Of a stretch of DNA of 13,905 bases, positions 1-7,183 are shown piece after piece. Under the pieces are notes generated by a model. The model was not told the DNA's origin and searched no databases. It saw nothing but the letters and a program-made list of their open reading frames with translations. Made by a program: the position numbers and the translations under genes. Where the stretch lies: the NCBI GenBank assembly GCA_038523235.1, contig JBCBJQ010000134.1, forward strand, positions 1 to 13,905, written 5' to 3'. Source of the DNA: Cyanobacteria bacterium J06626_4 (GTDB taxonomy: Bacteria; Cyanobacteriota; Cyanobacteriia; Phormidesmidales; Phormidesmidaceae). The stretch's first letter is position 1. Every line of letters starts with the position of its first letter.

Positions 1-108
1 GCTTCGTTGGCTTGGCAGCGGCGGCGGTTGGCCGCAGCGCAGAATCAACTGCCCCTCCAAGTCAAGTCACCAAGCCAACTTCAAGGTGTCTCCAATAACC
101 CTCACTGA
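1..108 (+). CDS. Probable 3' end of a gene entering from the left (ASLAWQRRRLAAAQNQLPLQVKSPSQLQGVSNNPH*), product unknown
   Basis: Frame 1 is open from base 1 to TGA at 106-108 and is followed by a bidirectional terminator. W followed by RRR resembles the end of a membrane segment, but the fragment is too short to assign. Confidence 0.45.
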   Translation, partial: ASLAWQRRRLAAAQNQLPLQVKSPSQLQGVSNNPH

Positions 109-251
109 AGTCAAATATGAGTTTGGCGATTACAACCATCCCAACCTGACCAAGGGTTGTCATAGCAAAAACAGGGCGTTCAAGTTTCGGATTAAACGCC
201 CTGTTTTTCCAGTCTTCTGCTTTGAGCGTCCAGCCAACACTGACTTCAGTG
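103..251. repeat. 149-bp segment bounded by perfect 11-bp inverted repeats and flanked by CCT direct repeats (MITE-like)
   Basis: CACTGAAGTCA (103-113) is the exact reverse complement of TGACTTCAGTG (241-251). CCT lies immediately outside both ends (100-102 and 252-254). Confidence 0.4.
167..208. terminator. Bidirectional intrinsic terminator between convergent genes
   Basis: Perfect 14-bp inverted repeat AAAAACAGGGCGTT (167-180) / AACGCCCTGTTTTT (195-208). It gives a U-tract on both strands and lies 45 nt past the gor stop. Confidence 0.85.
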
Positions 252-252
252 C

Positions 253-1605
253 CTAGCGCATCGTGACAAACTCTTCAGCAGCGCTGGGGTGAATGCCGAC
301 CGTAGCATCAAAGTCAGCTTTGGTGGCTCCAGTCTTGATGGCGATCGCCACACCTTGGATAATCTCAGCGGCATCGTCACCCACCATGTGTGCTCCGAGA
401 ACGCGATCGCTCTCGCTGTGCACAATTAGCTTCATCAGCGTTTTGATTTGCATATCGGGCATGGTGTAGAACATCGGGCGAAACTTGGAACGGTAGATTT
501 TGATGACCGCTTCACCATATTGCTCGATCGCCTCCGCCTCGGTGAGGCCCACCGTGGCAGCTTCGGGCGAGGTAAACACCGCAGTTGGAATATTGTCGTA
601 GCTCATGGTGCGAGAGTTGCCGCCAAACTGGGTGTCAGCAAAGGCTCGCCCTTCGGAGATGGCCACGGGGGTCAGGTTGACCTTATCCGTCACATCGCCC
701 ACTGCAAAAATATGGGGTTCGGTTGTCGTGTTGTACTTATCGACCGCGATCGCGCCAGCAGCTAACTCAACCTGAGTATTTTCTAGCCCTAGCTTTTCGA
801 TATTTGGCTTGCGTCCCAAGGCTGCCAAACTCACCACATCGGCAATAATGTGCTGCCGCTCATCGTTGGTCAGCACACACACATCAACCCCATCATCCTT
901 TTTGGCGACGCTTTCGATCTCTGTTTGCGTCATGACGTGAATGCCATTGGCAATCATCTGAGTTTGAATTTCGTTGCGAATATCTTCGTCAAAGCCGCGT
1001 AAAATCTTGTCTCCCCGAATTACCTGGGTGACCTGAGTGCCCAAACCATTGAGAATGCAGGCAAACTCACAGCCAATGTAGCCACCGCCTAAAATCACGG
1101 CGTGCTTGGGCTGTTTGGGGAGATGAAAGATATCGTCTGACGTGATGGCATGTTCAATGCCTGGAATGGGTGGCATGGCGGGAGTGCCGCCCACAGCAAT
1201 GAGGATCTTGTCAGCAGTGATCTTCTCACCGCCTACTTCCAGAGTGTGAGCATCGACAAAGCTGGCGTAGTGGGGAAAAACCTGCACGGACGACTTGTCG
1301 AGCATGTTGCGATAAATGCCGTTCAGGCGCTGTAACTCGTTGCCAACGGCACTAATGAGCTTGCCCCAGTCAAATTTGCCATCCACCGCGTCCCAGCCAT
1401 AGCCTGTGGCCGCGTGATACTGCTCGGGGAATTGGGAGGCATACATCATGAGCTTCTTCGGTACACACCCTCGATTCACGCAGGTGCCGCCGAGCGTCCA
1501 AGACTCGGCAATGCCGACCTTGGCACCATACTGAGCGGCTCGGCGAGCCGAAGAGATGCCACCGGAGCCAGCCCCAATTACAAACAAATCAAAGTCATAA
1601 GCCAT
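253..1605 (-). CDS. gor: Glutathione-disulfide reductase (NADPH-dependent, 450 aa)
   Basis: FAD motif GAGSGG, redox disulfide GGTCVNRGCVPKK, NADPH-binding GGGYIG with R...R (IRGDKILRGFD), GD..LTPVA, and C-terminal HPSAAEEFVTMR. GGGGGA lies upstream of the ATG. Confidence 0.96.
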   Translation of the reverse strand: MAYDFDLFVIGAGSGGISSARRAAQYGAKVGIAESWTLGGTCVNRGCVPKKLMMYASQFPEQYHAATGYGWDAVDGKFDWGKLISAVGNELQRLNGIYRNMLDKSSVQVFPHYASFVDAHTLEVGGEKITADKILIAVGGTPAMPPIPGIEHAITSDDIFHLPKQPKHAVILGGGYIGCEFACILNGLGTQVTQVIRGDKILRGFDEDIRNEIQTQMIANGIHVMTQTEIESVAKKDDGVDVCVLTNDERQHIIADVVSLAALGRKPNIEKLGLENTQVELAAGAIAVDKYNTTTEPHIFAVGDVTDKVNLTPVAISEGRAFADTQFGGNSRTMSYDNIPTAVFTSPEAATVGLTEAEAIEQYGEAVIKIYRSKFRPMFYTMPDMQIKTLMKLIVHSESDRVLGAHMVGDDAAEIIQGVAIAIKTGATKADFDATVGIHPSAAEEFVTMR

Positions 1606-1840
1606 GAAATTATCCCCCGTTTATCCATTGTCGTTAAAAGGCGATTCAAAGAAAATATCTGTGGCGGTCTAAATATTGTCTTCTCTATGACGCTTGATCT
1701 CAGCATTCGAGATGTCTAGCGACTCGTGAGCCCGATAAATATAGTTTACCGATCCCTAAAATTGTTGGGTGGGCAGCGTTGTTGATTTGCCCCCTGAACT
1801 GCGTTTCTCTCAAGGAACACAGATAAACTTGAAAGTAATC

Positions 1841-1872
1841 AAAAAGGGAAAACCGCAGAGGTCTTCCCTTTT
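1841..1872 (-). terminator. Intrinsic terminator of the peroxiredoxin gene (probably bidirectional)
   Basis: On the minus strand AAAAGGGAAGACC-TCTGC-GGTTTTCCCTTTTT forms a stem with one G-U pair, followed by a U-run, about 60 nt after the prx stop. Confidence 0.8.
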
Positions 1873-1930
1873 GAGCGATTTAGCTGGCGTGATCAAGTCG
1901 ATAATTGACTCAAATTGATCAAAGGGCTGA

Positions 1931-2464
1931 TTACTTCGCACCCTTTAGGTAGGCCAACATTGTGTCAGCATCCGAGACCTCGAACGGATCGGTGGGGCAG
2001 TTGTCGCCGAAATCAGGCTCGATGAACATTTTTTCGATCTTGCCATCGTCGATCACAGCGGAATAGCGCCAAGACCGCATGCCGAAGCCGAGGTTGGACT
2101 TGTCAACCAACATGCCCATCTTGCGGGTGAATTCACCGCTACCATCGGGCAGTAAAAACACATTCTTGACGCCCTGTGCCTTGCCCCACTGGAACATCAC
2201 GAATGCATCGTTCACAGAGATGCAGACAATCTTGTCAACACCTTGGCCTTTGATCTCGTCGTAAAGCTCTTCGTAACGAGGTAGGTGAGTAGAAGAACAG
2301 GTGGGTGTGAACGCCCCCGGTAGAGAAAACAGCACGACTCGCTGGCCACCAAAGATCTCTTCAGTGGTCACATCTTGCCAACGGAAGGGATTTTCGCCGC
2401 CAATCGACTCGTCGCGAACCCGAGTTTTGAATACGACGCTAGGTGCACGCTCAATAACAGCCAT
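1931..2464 (-). CDS. Type II (Prx5-like) peroxiredoxin, 177 aa; homologous to the Prx domain of PGdx hybrids but without a fused glutaredoxin
   Basis: Active-site motif [32 protein letters not shown], and [18 protein letters not shown] precedes the ATG. The gene is divergent from perR, as in the Synechocystis sll1621/slr1738 arrangement. Confidence 0.95.
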   Translation of the reverse strand: MAVIERAPSVVFKTRVRDESIGGENPFRWQDVTTEEIFGGQRVVLFSLPGAFTPTCSSTHLPRYEELYDEIKGQGVDKIVCISVNDAFVMFQWGKAQGVKNVFLLPDGSGEFTRKMGMLVDKSNLGFGMRSWRYSAVIDDGKIEKMFIEPDFGDNCPTDPFEVSDADTMLAYLKGAK

Positions 2465-2548
2465 AAAACCTCATTGTGTCTCAAGAACTACAGTCTTTAG
2501 TGAGAGCAGCCTTTATTAAATAACTATTAATATTGACTGGCTCTTAAG

Positions 2549-2563
2549 TCAGAATAATTCTAA
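2549..2563. promoter_or_regulatory. Putative PerR operator (7-1-7 inverted repeat)
   Basis: TCAGAAT-A-ATTCTAA is 6/7 symmetric and resembles the Per box TTATAAT-N-ATTATAA. It lies in the prx/perR divergent spacer. Confidence 0.7.
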
Positions 2564-2579
2564 AATACAAAAGTCGCAA
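2551..2579 (-). promoter_or_regulatory. Putative sigma70-type promoter of the peroxiredoxin gene
   Basis: The minus strand reads TTGCGA (2579-2574), a 17-nt spacer, then TATTCT (2556-2551). The -10 lies inside the Per-box-like site. Confidence 0.55.
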
Positions 2580-2678
2580 CTCATTTGGCCGACAAATGTT
2601 GGAAAAAGTCCGATGGGTGGCAATGTCACTGGGCAATCAGTCAGGATAGAACAGACTCACGAGAAGATAGCGACTGCG

Positions 2679-3122
2679 ATGACTACCTTGTCTGCGAATG
2701 AAATTGTTGATCGGCTCAAGCTGCAAGGGCTGCGCGTGACGCCACAGCGCTTCGCGGTTTACGAAAACTTGCTCAACCGGATCGATCATCCCACAGTTGA
2801 GCAGTTGCTGGTGGAACTCAACCAGGCTGGGCCAGTGTCTTCTCAAGCGACGATCTATAACTCTCTGCAGGCCCTGCGTCAGGTGGGCTTAGTGCGTCAA
2901 GTGCTGCTAGAAGAAGGGGTGGTGAGATATGACGCGAATGTGGCTCCGCATCACCATTTTCGCTGCCATCACTGCGGCCACATTGAAGACATTCCGTGGG
3001 AGGCGTTTCAAGGGGTGGCGCAGTCGCCGCTGCGGCCAGGTCTGCGCCCCGATCGCTATGAAGTTACGGTGATGGGAACATGCGATCGCTGCCAACCCCC
3101 TGACGCTCAAGACGCGGTCTAA
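2679..3122 (+). CDS. perR: Fur-family peroxide-responsive repressor PerR (about 147 aa; ATG at 2679 preferred over 2613)
   Basis: GLRVTPQR, DHPT, SQATIYNSL, RYDAN..PHHHFRCHHCGHIEDI (the PerR-type His/Asp metal ligands) and a C-terminal CDRC Zn site. Divergent from a peroxiredoxin. Confidence 0.9.
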   Translation: MTTLSANEIVDRLKLQGLRVTPQRFAVYENLLNRIDHPTVEQLLVELNQAGPVSSQATIYNSLQALRQVGLVRQVLLEEGVVRYDANVAPHHHFRCHHCGHIEDIPWEAFQGVAQSPLRPGLRPDRYEVTVMGTCDRCQPPDAQDAV

Positions 3123-3290
3123 ATATTTGCAATTATTCACAATTATCGGCGACTGATGCCAGATGTAGTAAACTCTGAGCGCATCTACGCTACATCTAGA
3201 GTTTTCTTCAACTGTTTTTGACAGCACTAACGGCAGCGCCGCAGTGGCGTGAGCGGACCTCACAGGGTGCCGTGATTGCCCTTTTGCGGC

Positions 3291-3296
3291 TAAAAT
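3291..3296 (+). promoter_or_regulatory. Possible -10 element for the M23 peptidase gene
   Basis: TAAAAT lies about 75 nt upstream of ATG 3370. No clear -35, which is common in cyanobacteria. Confidence 0.3.
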
Positions 3297-3369
3297 GCCA
3301 TGGCTTTGGTAATTCTGACGAGTCGGCGACGTCCCTGAGGATGACGGCGATAGCAGCGGTGGTGTGAGC

Positions 3370-4572
3370 ATGACGGCTCGAATTCGACAAACGCGGCAAT
3401 TGCGCTGGTGGCGCTGGTGGGTGAGTAGTCTGCTCCTCGCCCTGGCGATCGTCCTGTGCTACGGCATGGTGACCGCAGTGCCCGTAGAGGCGCGCGATCG
3501 CCCGCTGCTACTCGTTGCCCAGTCAATCGAAGAGCTGCAGCAGCAAAAGAAAACCGTTGACCAAAAGCAGCGAGAGCTGCAGCAGCAGACTGAGCAGCTA
3601 GAGCGCCAAACCAATCAGGCAGAGCAAAATCTCAACACGCTGCAAAACACCATCGTCGCCACAGAAGACCAAATTGCCGACACGGAATTTCGCCTTGAGA
3701 AGGCAGAACGCGAACTCAAGGCGTTTGAGGAAGATCTGCTCAAGGCTGAAGCGGCCTACGAAGAAGTGCGACGAGCGGCGGTCGGGCGATTGCAGTTTTT
3801 ACAGCGACAGCAAGGCGGTGAAGGGTGGGCGGTTTTGCTGCAGAGCGAAAATTTCAATGAATTTTTGGAGCGCCGCTACCAACTGCGGCGGGTGTATGCG
3901 GCCGATCGTGACGTGCTTGGTGAGTTAAAGGCGCGGGCCGATGAGATTAAAAATCAGCGCGCCGTGGTGGAATCGCAAAAAACTCGAGTCTCTTTGCTCC
4001 GCCAAGAATTGTTAGCGAAAAAGCAGCAGTACGAAGCCGAAGCCACCCAACAGCAGCAGCTGATTGGGCGGCTGCAAACGGACAAAGCGGCGCTAGAGGC
4101 GGCCCAGGCTCAGCTAGTACGCGATTCGGAAGAGATTGCGGCCTTGATTCGTGAGCGGGTGGCGACGGCGAGCGGTGCGGTGCGAGGCACGGGGATTTTT
4201 GTCTTTCCGGTCAATGGTCGCATCACGAGCGGTTTTGGCTATCGCCGTCACCCGATTTTGGGCACTTCACGGTTGCATGCCGGGGTCGATTTCGGGGCTC
4301 CCCAAGGCACAACTATTTACGCCGCTGATTCTGGCAGCGTCATTTATGCCGGTTGGTATGGTGGCTATGGACGTACCGTGATTGTTGATCACGGGGGCGG
4401 CATTACGACCCTCTACGCCCATAGCAGTCGGCTGTTTGTCAGTGTTGGGCAAGCCGTAACGCAGGGGCAGGCGATCGCCGCTATCGGCTCAACCGGACTT
4501 TCCACCGGCCCGCACCTGCACTTTGAAGTGCGTCAAAACGGCAACCCTGTTAACCCGATGGCTTATCTTTGA
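3370..4572 (+). CDS. Exported coiled-coil + M23 (LytM) metallopeptidase, EnvC-like architecture
   Basis: Basic N-terminus and hydrophobic signal/TM segment, a long Q/E-rich coiled coil, then an M23 domain with HAGVD, GGYG, HGGG..TLYAH and [13 protein letters not shown]. The start may be GTG 3364 or ATG 3370. Confidence 0.92.
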   Translation: MTARIRQTRQLRWWRWWVSSLLLALAIVLCYGMVTAVPVEARDRPLLLVAQSIEELQQQKKTVDQKQRELQQQTEQLERQTNQAEQNLNTLQNTIVATEDQIADTEFRLEKAERELKAFEEDLLKAEAAYEEVRRAAVGRLQFLQRQQGGEGWAVLLQSENFNEFLERRYQLRRVYAADRDVLGELKARADEIKNQRAVVESQKTRVSLLRQELLAKKQQYEAEATQQQQLIGRLQTDKAALEAAQAQLVRDSEEIAALIRERVATASGAVRGTGIFVFPVNGRITSGFGYRRHPILGTSRLHAGVDFGAPQGTTIYAADSGSVIYAGWYGGYGRTVIVDHGGGITTLYAHSSRLFVSVGQAVTQGQAIAAIGSTGLSTGPHLHFEVRQNGNPVNPMAYL

Positions 4573-4706
4573 CCCTTGCTGCGCTGCAGATGCTCCATAA
4601 TGCGAGCCTTGCGGGCTTCCTGAGTGGCTTTGTCAGGTGTATTAGGGGTGAATTTGATATCCGAACTGAGCGACAAATGCTTTTGAACTTGTTCTTTGCT
4701 GGTCAT
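4563..4706 (-). CDS. Unannotated 47-aa small protein [47 protein letters not shown]
   Basis: ATG at 4706-4704 and TAA at 4565-4563. It fills an otherwise empty spacer, has protein-like composition and contains an internal pseudo-repeat. It is shorter than any ORF in the supplied track. Confidence 0.65.
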   Translation of the reverse strand: MTSKEQVQKHLSLSSDIKFTPNTPDKATQEARKARIMEHLQRSKGQR

Positions 4707-4952
4707 AGTACTGAGGGGTAACAACAAAAAAGCCAGAATAGTCTGCTGGTATAGAAGACCATCCTGGCAATCATCACTATGAGGAAACTCTCCCGCGGCA
4801 GCGGAAAAAGCTCTTCTTATTTCTTAATATACTCTGGTGAGGACATAATCTGCATGAAGATGTTGTCCTGGGGATAATACATTTCAACAAGTCGGTGCAG
4901 GGCCGGATCGCCCGAGTCGTAGGATCGGACATACGCTGCGAGTATTCAGTCT

Positions 4953-6128
4953 GTGACTTCTTTGATTCCTCCTCTGTTGCGAGCACTGCCGCCTTGGTTG
5001 TCCAACTATGCGATCGCTGAGGCTGATGCCGGTCTGGCTGAGTTGCCGGCTGGGCTGCAGCAAGAACTGATGCTCAAGCTCAATGCGCTGCCAGTCCCTC
5101 AGCCCTATCAGCGGGCGGTGCGGCAAGCGACCCGACAGGCTTTGAAGGCCTGGCAGGCGAATCCCGAGACGACTAGCAACTGCTTGGTCATTCTCAGTCA
5201 GCCGGTGGAAGCGATCGCGGCAATTATTAAAGCCAGCCTGGAAGATTATTTGCTGGACTGTGACGTGCGGTTTTTTCTGCGATCGTATCGTCGGCCTCCT
5301 GACCCGCTCAGCATTCTTAGTCATTTACAACGCGAGCTAGAGCCCGAACAGGCCAACGAACAGGCGGCTCCCGCCGCCCCCATCACTGAAACTGACCTGC
5401 AGGAACACAGGCCGACGGTGATGGTGATTCCCAGTCTGGAGCAATGCTTTCTGCGGTGCATTCAAGGCTGGGAAGGCATCGAATATTTTCAACAATTGGG
5501 CACTCAGGATACGTCGCGGTTTTGGGTGTTTGGCTGTAACCAATGGGCTTGGACGTTTTTGAGCAAAGTGTGTCAAGTCGATGCTTACCTAGAGCAAACA
5601 GTGAGTCTACCCGCCCTCACTGATGATGACCTAGAGACCTGGTTCGCATCGCTTATGGCGTTTTCGATGTCGCGACCAGACGCTGACTTAACTTTGCAAA
5701 TTAGTCCTGATGAGGCTCACTGGTCGACTTTAGCCAGCCTGTCATCTGGCACCAGCACGATTGCTGCTCAGTTGTGGCTGCAGTCGTTGCGTCTTGAGGA
5801 AACTGATTTAACGGCTGAGGGTACGCTACCGGCTGAGGTGCAACAGGCGGAGCTGCGGGCGACGCGACCCAGCTTGCCGAGTCTGACGTCGCTAACCGTG
5901 ATGGATCGGTATCTACTGCATTCCTTGCTCATTCATCGGTTGATGACGCGCTCGCATTTGGCGCTGAGTCTGGGCGAAAATGAGCGTACGATTCACTCAC
6001 GGGTGCAGGTCTTGCAGCGAGCAGGGGTAATTGTGCAACAAGGCCGATGGCTAAGCGTGCATCCGGCGCACTATCCTAAACTGCGTAGCGAGCTGGGCAA
6101 CAACAATTTTTTGATCGGTAAGGCTTAG
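4953..6128 (+). CDS. Hypothetical protein: degenerate P-loop/AAA-like domain + C-terminal winged helix (391 aa), MscS-associated
   Basis: Strand-loop-helix CLVILSQPVEAIAAII sits at the Walker A position but has no GKT. TVMVIPSLEQCFLR..GWEG sits at the Walker B position. C-terminal LLHSLLIH..MTRSHLALSLGE...VQVLQRAGVI is wHTH-like. The gene ends 5 nt before mscS. Confidence 0.75.
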   Translation: MTSLIPPLLRALPPWLSNYAIAEADAGLAELPAGLQQELMLKLNALPVPQPYQRAVRQATRQALKAWQANPETTSNCLVILSQPVEAIAAIIKASLEDYLLDCDVRFFLRSYRRPPDPLSILSHLQRELEPEQANEQAAPAAPITETDLQEHRPTVMVIPSLEQCFLRCIQGWEGIEYFQQLGTQDTSRFWVFGCNQWAWTFLSKVCQVDAYLEQTVSLPALTDDDLETWFASLMAFSMSRPDADLTLQISPDEAHWSTLASLSSGTSTIAAQLWLQSLRLEETDLTAEGTLPAEVQQAELRATRPSLPSLTSLTVMDRYLLHSLLIHRLMTRSHLALSLGENERTIHSRVQVLQRAGVIVQQGRWLSVHPAHYPKLRSELGNNNFLIGKA

Positions 6129-6133
6129 TCACC

Positions 6134-6988
6134 ATGACTGTTACAGCTCATATCGGGTGGATGATAGCTCAGGAGGTGCTGCCCTCTGATGACAAATTGC
6201 AGAACCTCTTCAAAGAACTCAGCACTCAATCACTGGTGCAGGCGATAGGGACGATCGCGATTGCCTATGGGCTGCTGTTGGCGGTGCAAAGCGCGGCGCG
6301 AGTCGTTTCAGAGCGGGTGCCGCGCCGCTTTCGTCTGCTCATCAAGCAATCGGTGCCGTTTCTGAAATCTCTGGTTTTAGTGATTGCGATCGCGCGGGTG
6401 GTGCAGCTGTTTGTTAACCTGACCGGCTCCAACCTGCTGGCGCTGACGGGTACCTTAGCTGTCGCGCTGGGATTTGCCTTTAAGGACTATGTCAGTTCGA
6501 TCATCGCCGGGGTGGTAAACCTGTTTGAAGGCTCGTTTCGCGTGGGAGATCGCATTCGCATCGGCGACCATTATGGCGAGGTCGTGAAATACGGTTTACG
6601 CGAGCTGCGCCTGCAGACGCCCAGCGATGACACAGTGACGATTGCCCATAGCACGACCTGGACGACCCCGATTGAGAATGCCAACAGTGGTCAGCTGGAA
6701 GCTCAAGTCATCACAGAGTTCTATTTTGCCCACGAGGCTGATATCAATCGGGTCGTCAACATTCTCTATCAGGCGGCTTACAGCAGCCGCTATACCCAGC
6801 TCAAGCTGCCCGTGGTCGTCATTATTGCCGAGCAACCTTGGGCGACGCATCTGCAGCTCAAAGCTTATCCAATGGATGCCCGCGATGAGTTTGTCTATAA
6901 AACTGACCTGACGCTGCGCGTTAAGCAGGCCTGCGCTCGGCAGCAGGTGCCGTATCCCCAGGCACCTGCGATGGAAAAGACCGATTGA
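6134..6988 (+). CDS. mscS: Small-conductance mechanosensitive channel family protein (284 aa)
   Basis: Three hydrophobic segments, TM3 motif ALGFAFKDYVSSIIAG, and beta-domain FRVGDRIRIGDHYGEVVKYGLRELRL. Confidence 0.92.
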   Translation: MTVTAHIGWMIAQEVLPSDDKLQNLFKELSTQSLVQAIGTIAIAYGLLLAVQSAARVVSERVPRRFRLLIKQSVPFLKSLVLVIAIARVVQLFVNLTGSNLLALTGTLAVALGFAFKDYVSSIIAGVVNLFEGSFRVGDRIRIGDHYGEVVKYGLRELRLQTPSDDTVTIAHSTTWTTPIENANSGQLEAQVITEFYFAHEADINRVVNILYQAAYSSRYTQLKLPVVVIIAEQPWATHLQLKAYPMDARDEFVYKTDLTLRVKQACARQQVPYPQAPAMEKTD

Positions 6989-7183
6989 TGCTGCTAGATA
7001 ATGGCTGTGGGCAATTTGCAGGCGTTGGGGCAGGAGCAAGGCGGAATTGAGCAGTCGGTGTGCGGAATTAGTCGGTTTGGCGGTCCGACCAATCACTATC
7101 AATTGGGCCGACCCGTTTTCTTGCCCTGCAACAGGAGCAAGCAGCCTCGCCATGGTGCAGTATCACTGGATTGGAGGGAGTGG

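Noticed and set aside
1795..1872. TTCTCTCAAGGA followed by a terminator, vaguely reminiscent of the iron-stress sRNA IsaR1
   Set aside because: Only a short partial resemblance from memory, with no Fur box directly upstream. The hairpin is fully explained as the prx terminator.
2613..2678. N-terminal extension of PerR in the ORF track
   Set aside because: Fur-family homology begins just after ATG 2679, and the extra 22 codons look non-conserved.
3184..3194. 11-mer TCTACGCTACA shared with the intergenic hairpin at 9979-9989
   Set aside because: One 11-mer match among all intergenic sequence in the window is close to chance expectation, and it is not a full NtcA GTA-N8-TAC site.
4640..4680. 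GGGGTGAAT resembling part of the c-di-AMP (ydaO) riboswitch
   Set aside because: The other conserved ydaO elements are absent, and the sequence is better explained as the antisense of the 47-aa ORF.
7132..7145. CAGG...AGCAGC similarity to SRP (4.5S) RNA helix 8
   Set aside because: The GNRA-capped hairpin between these elements is missing.
7001..7183. 61-codon N-terminal extension of the DUF218 gene
   Set aside because: The sequence is repeat-rich and not protein-like, and a strong RBS precedes ATG 7184.
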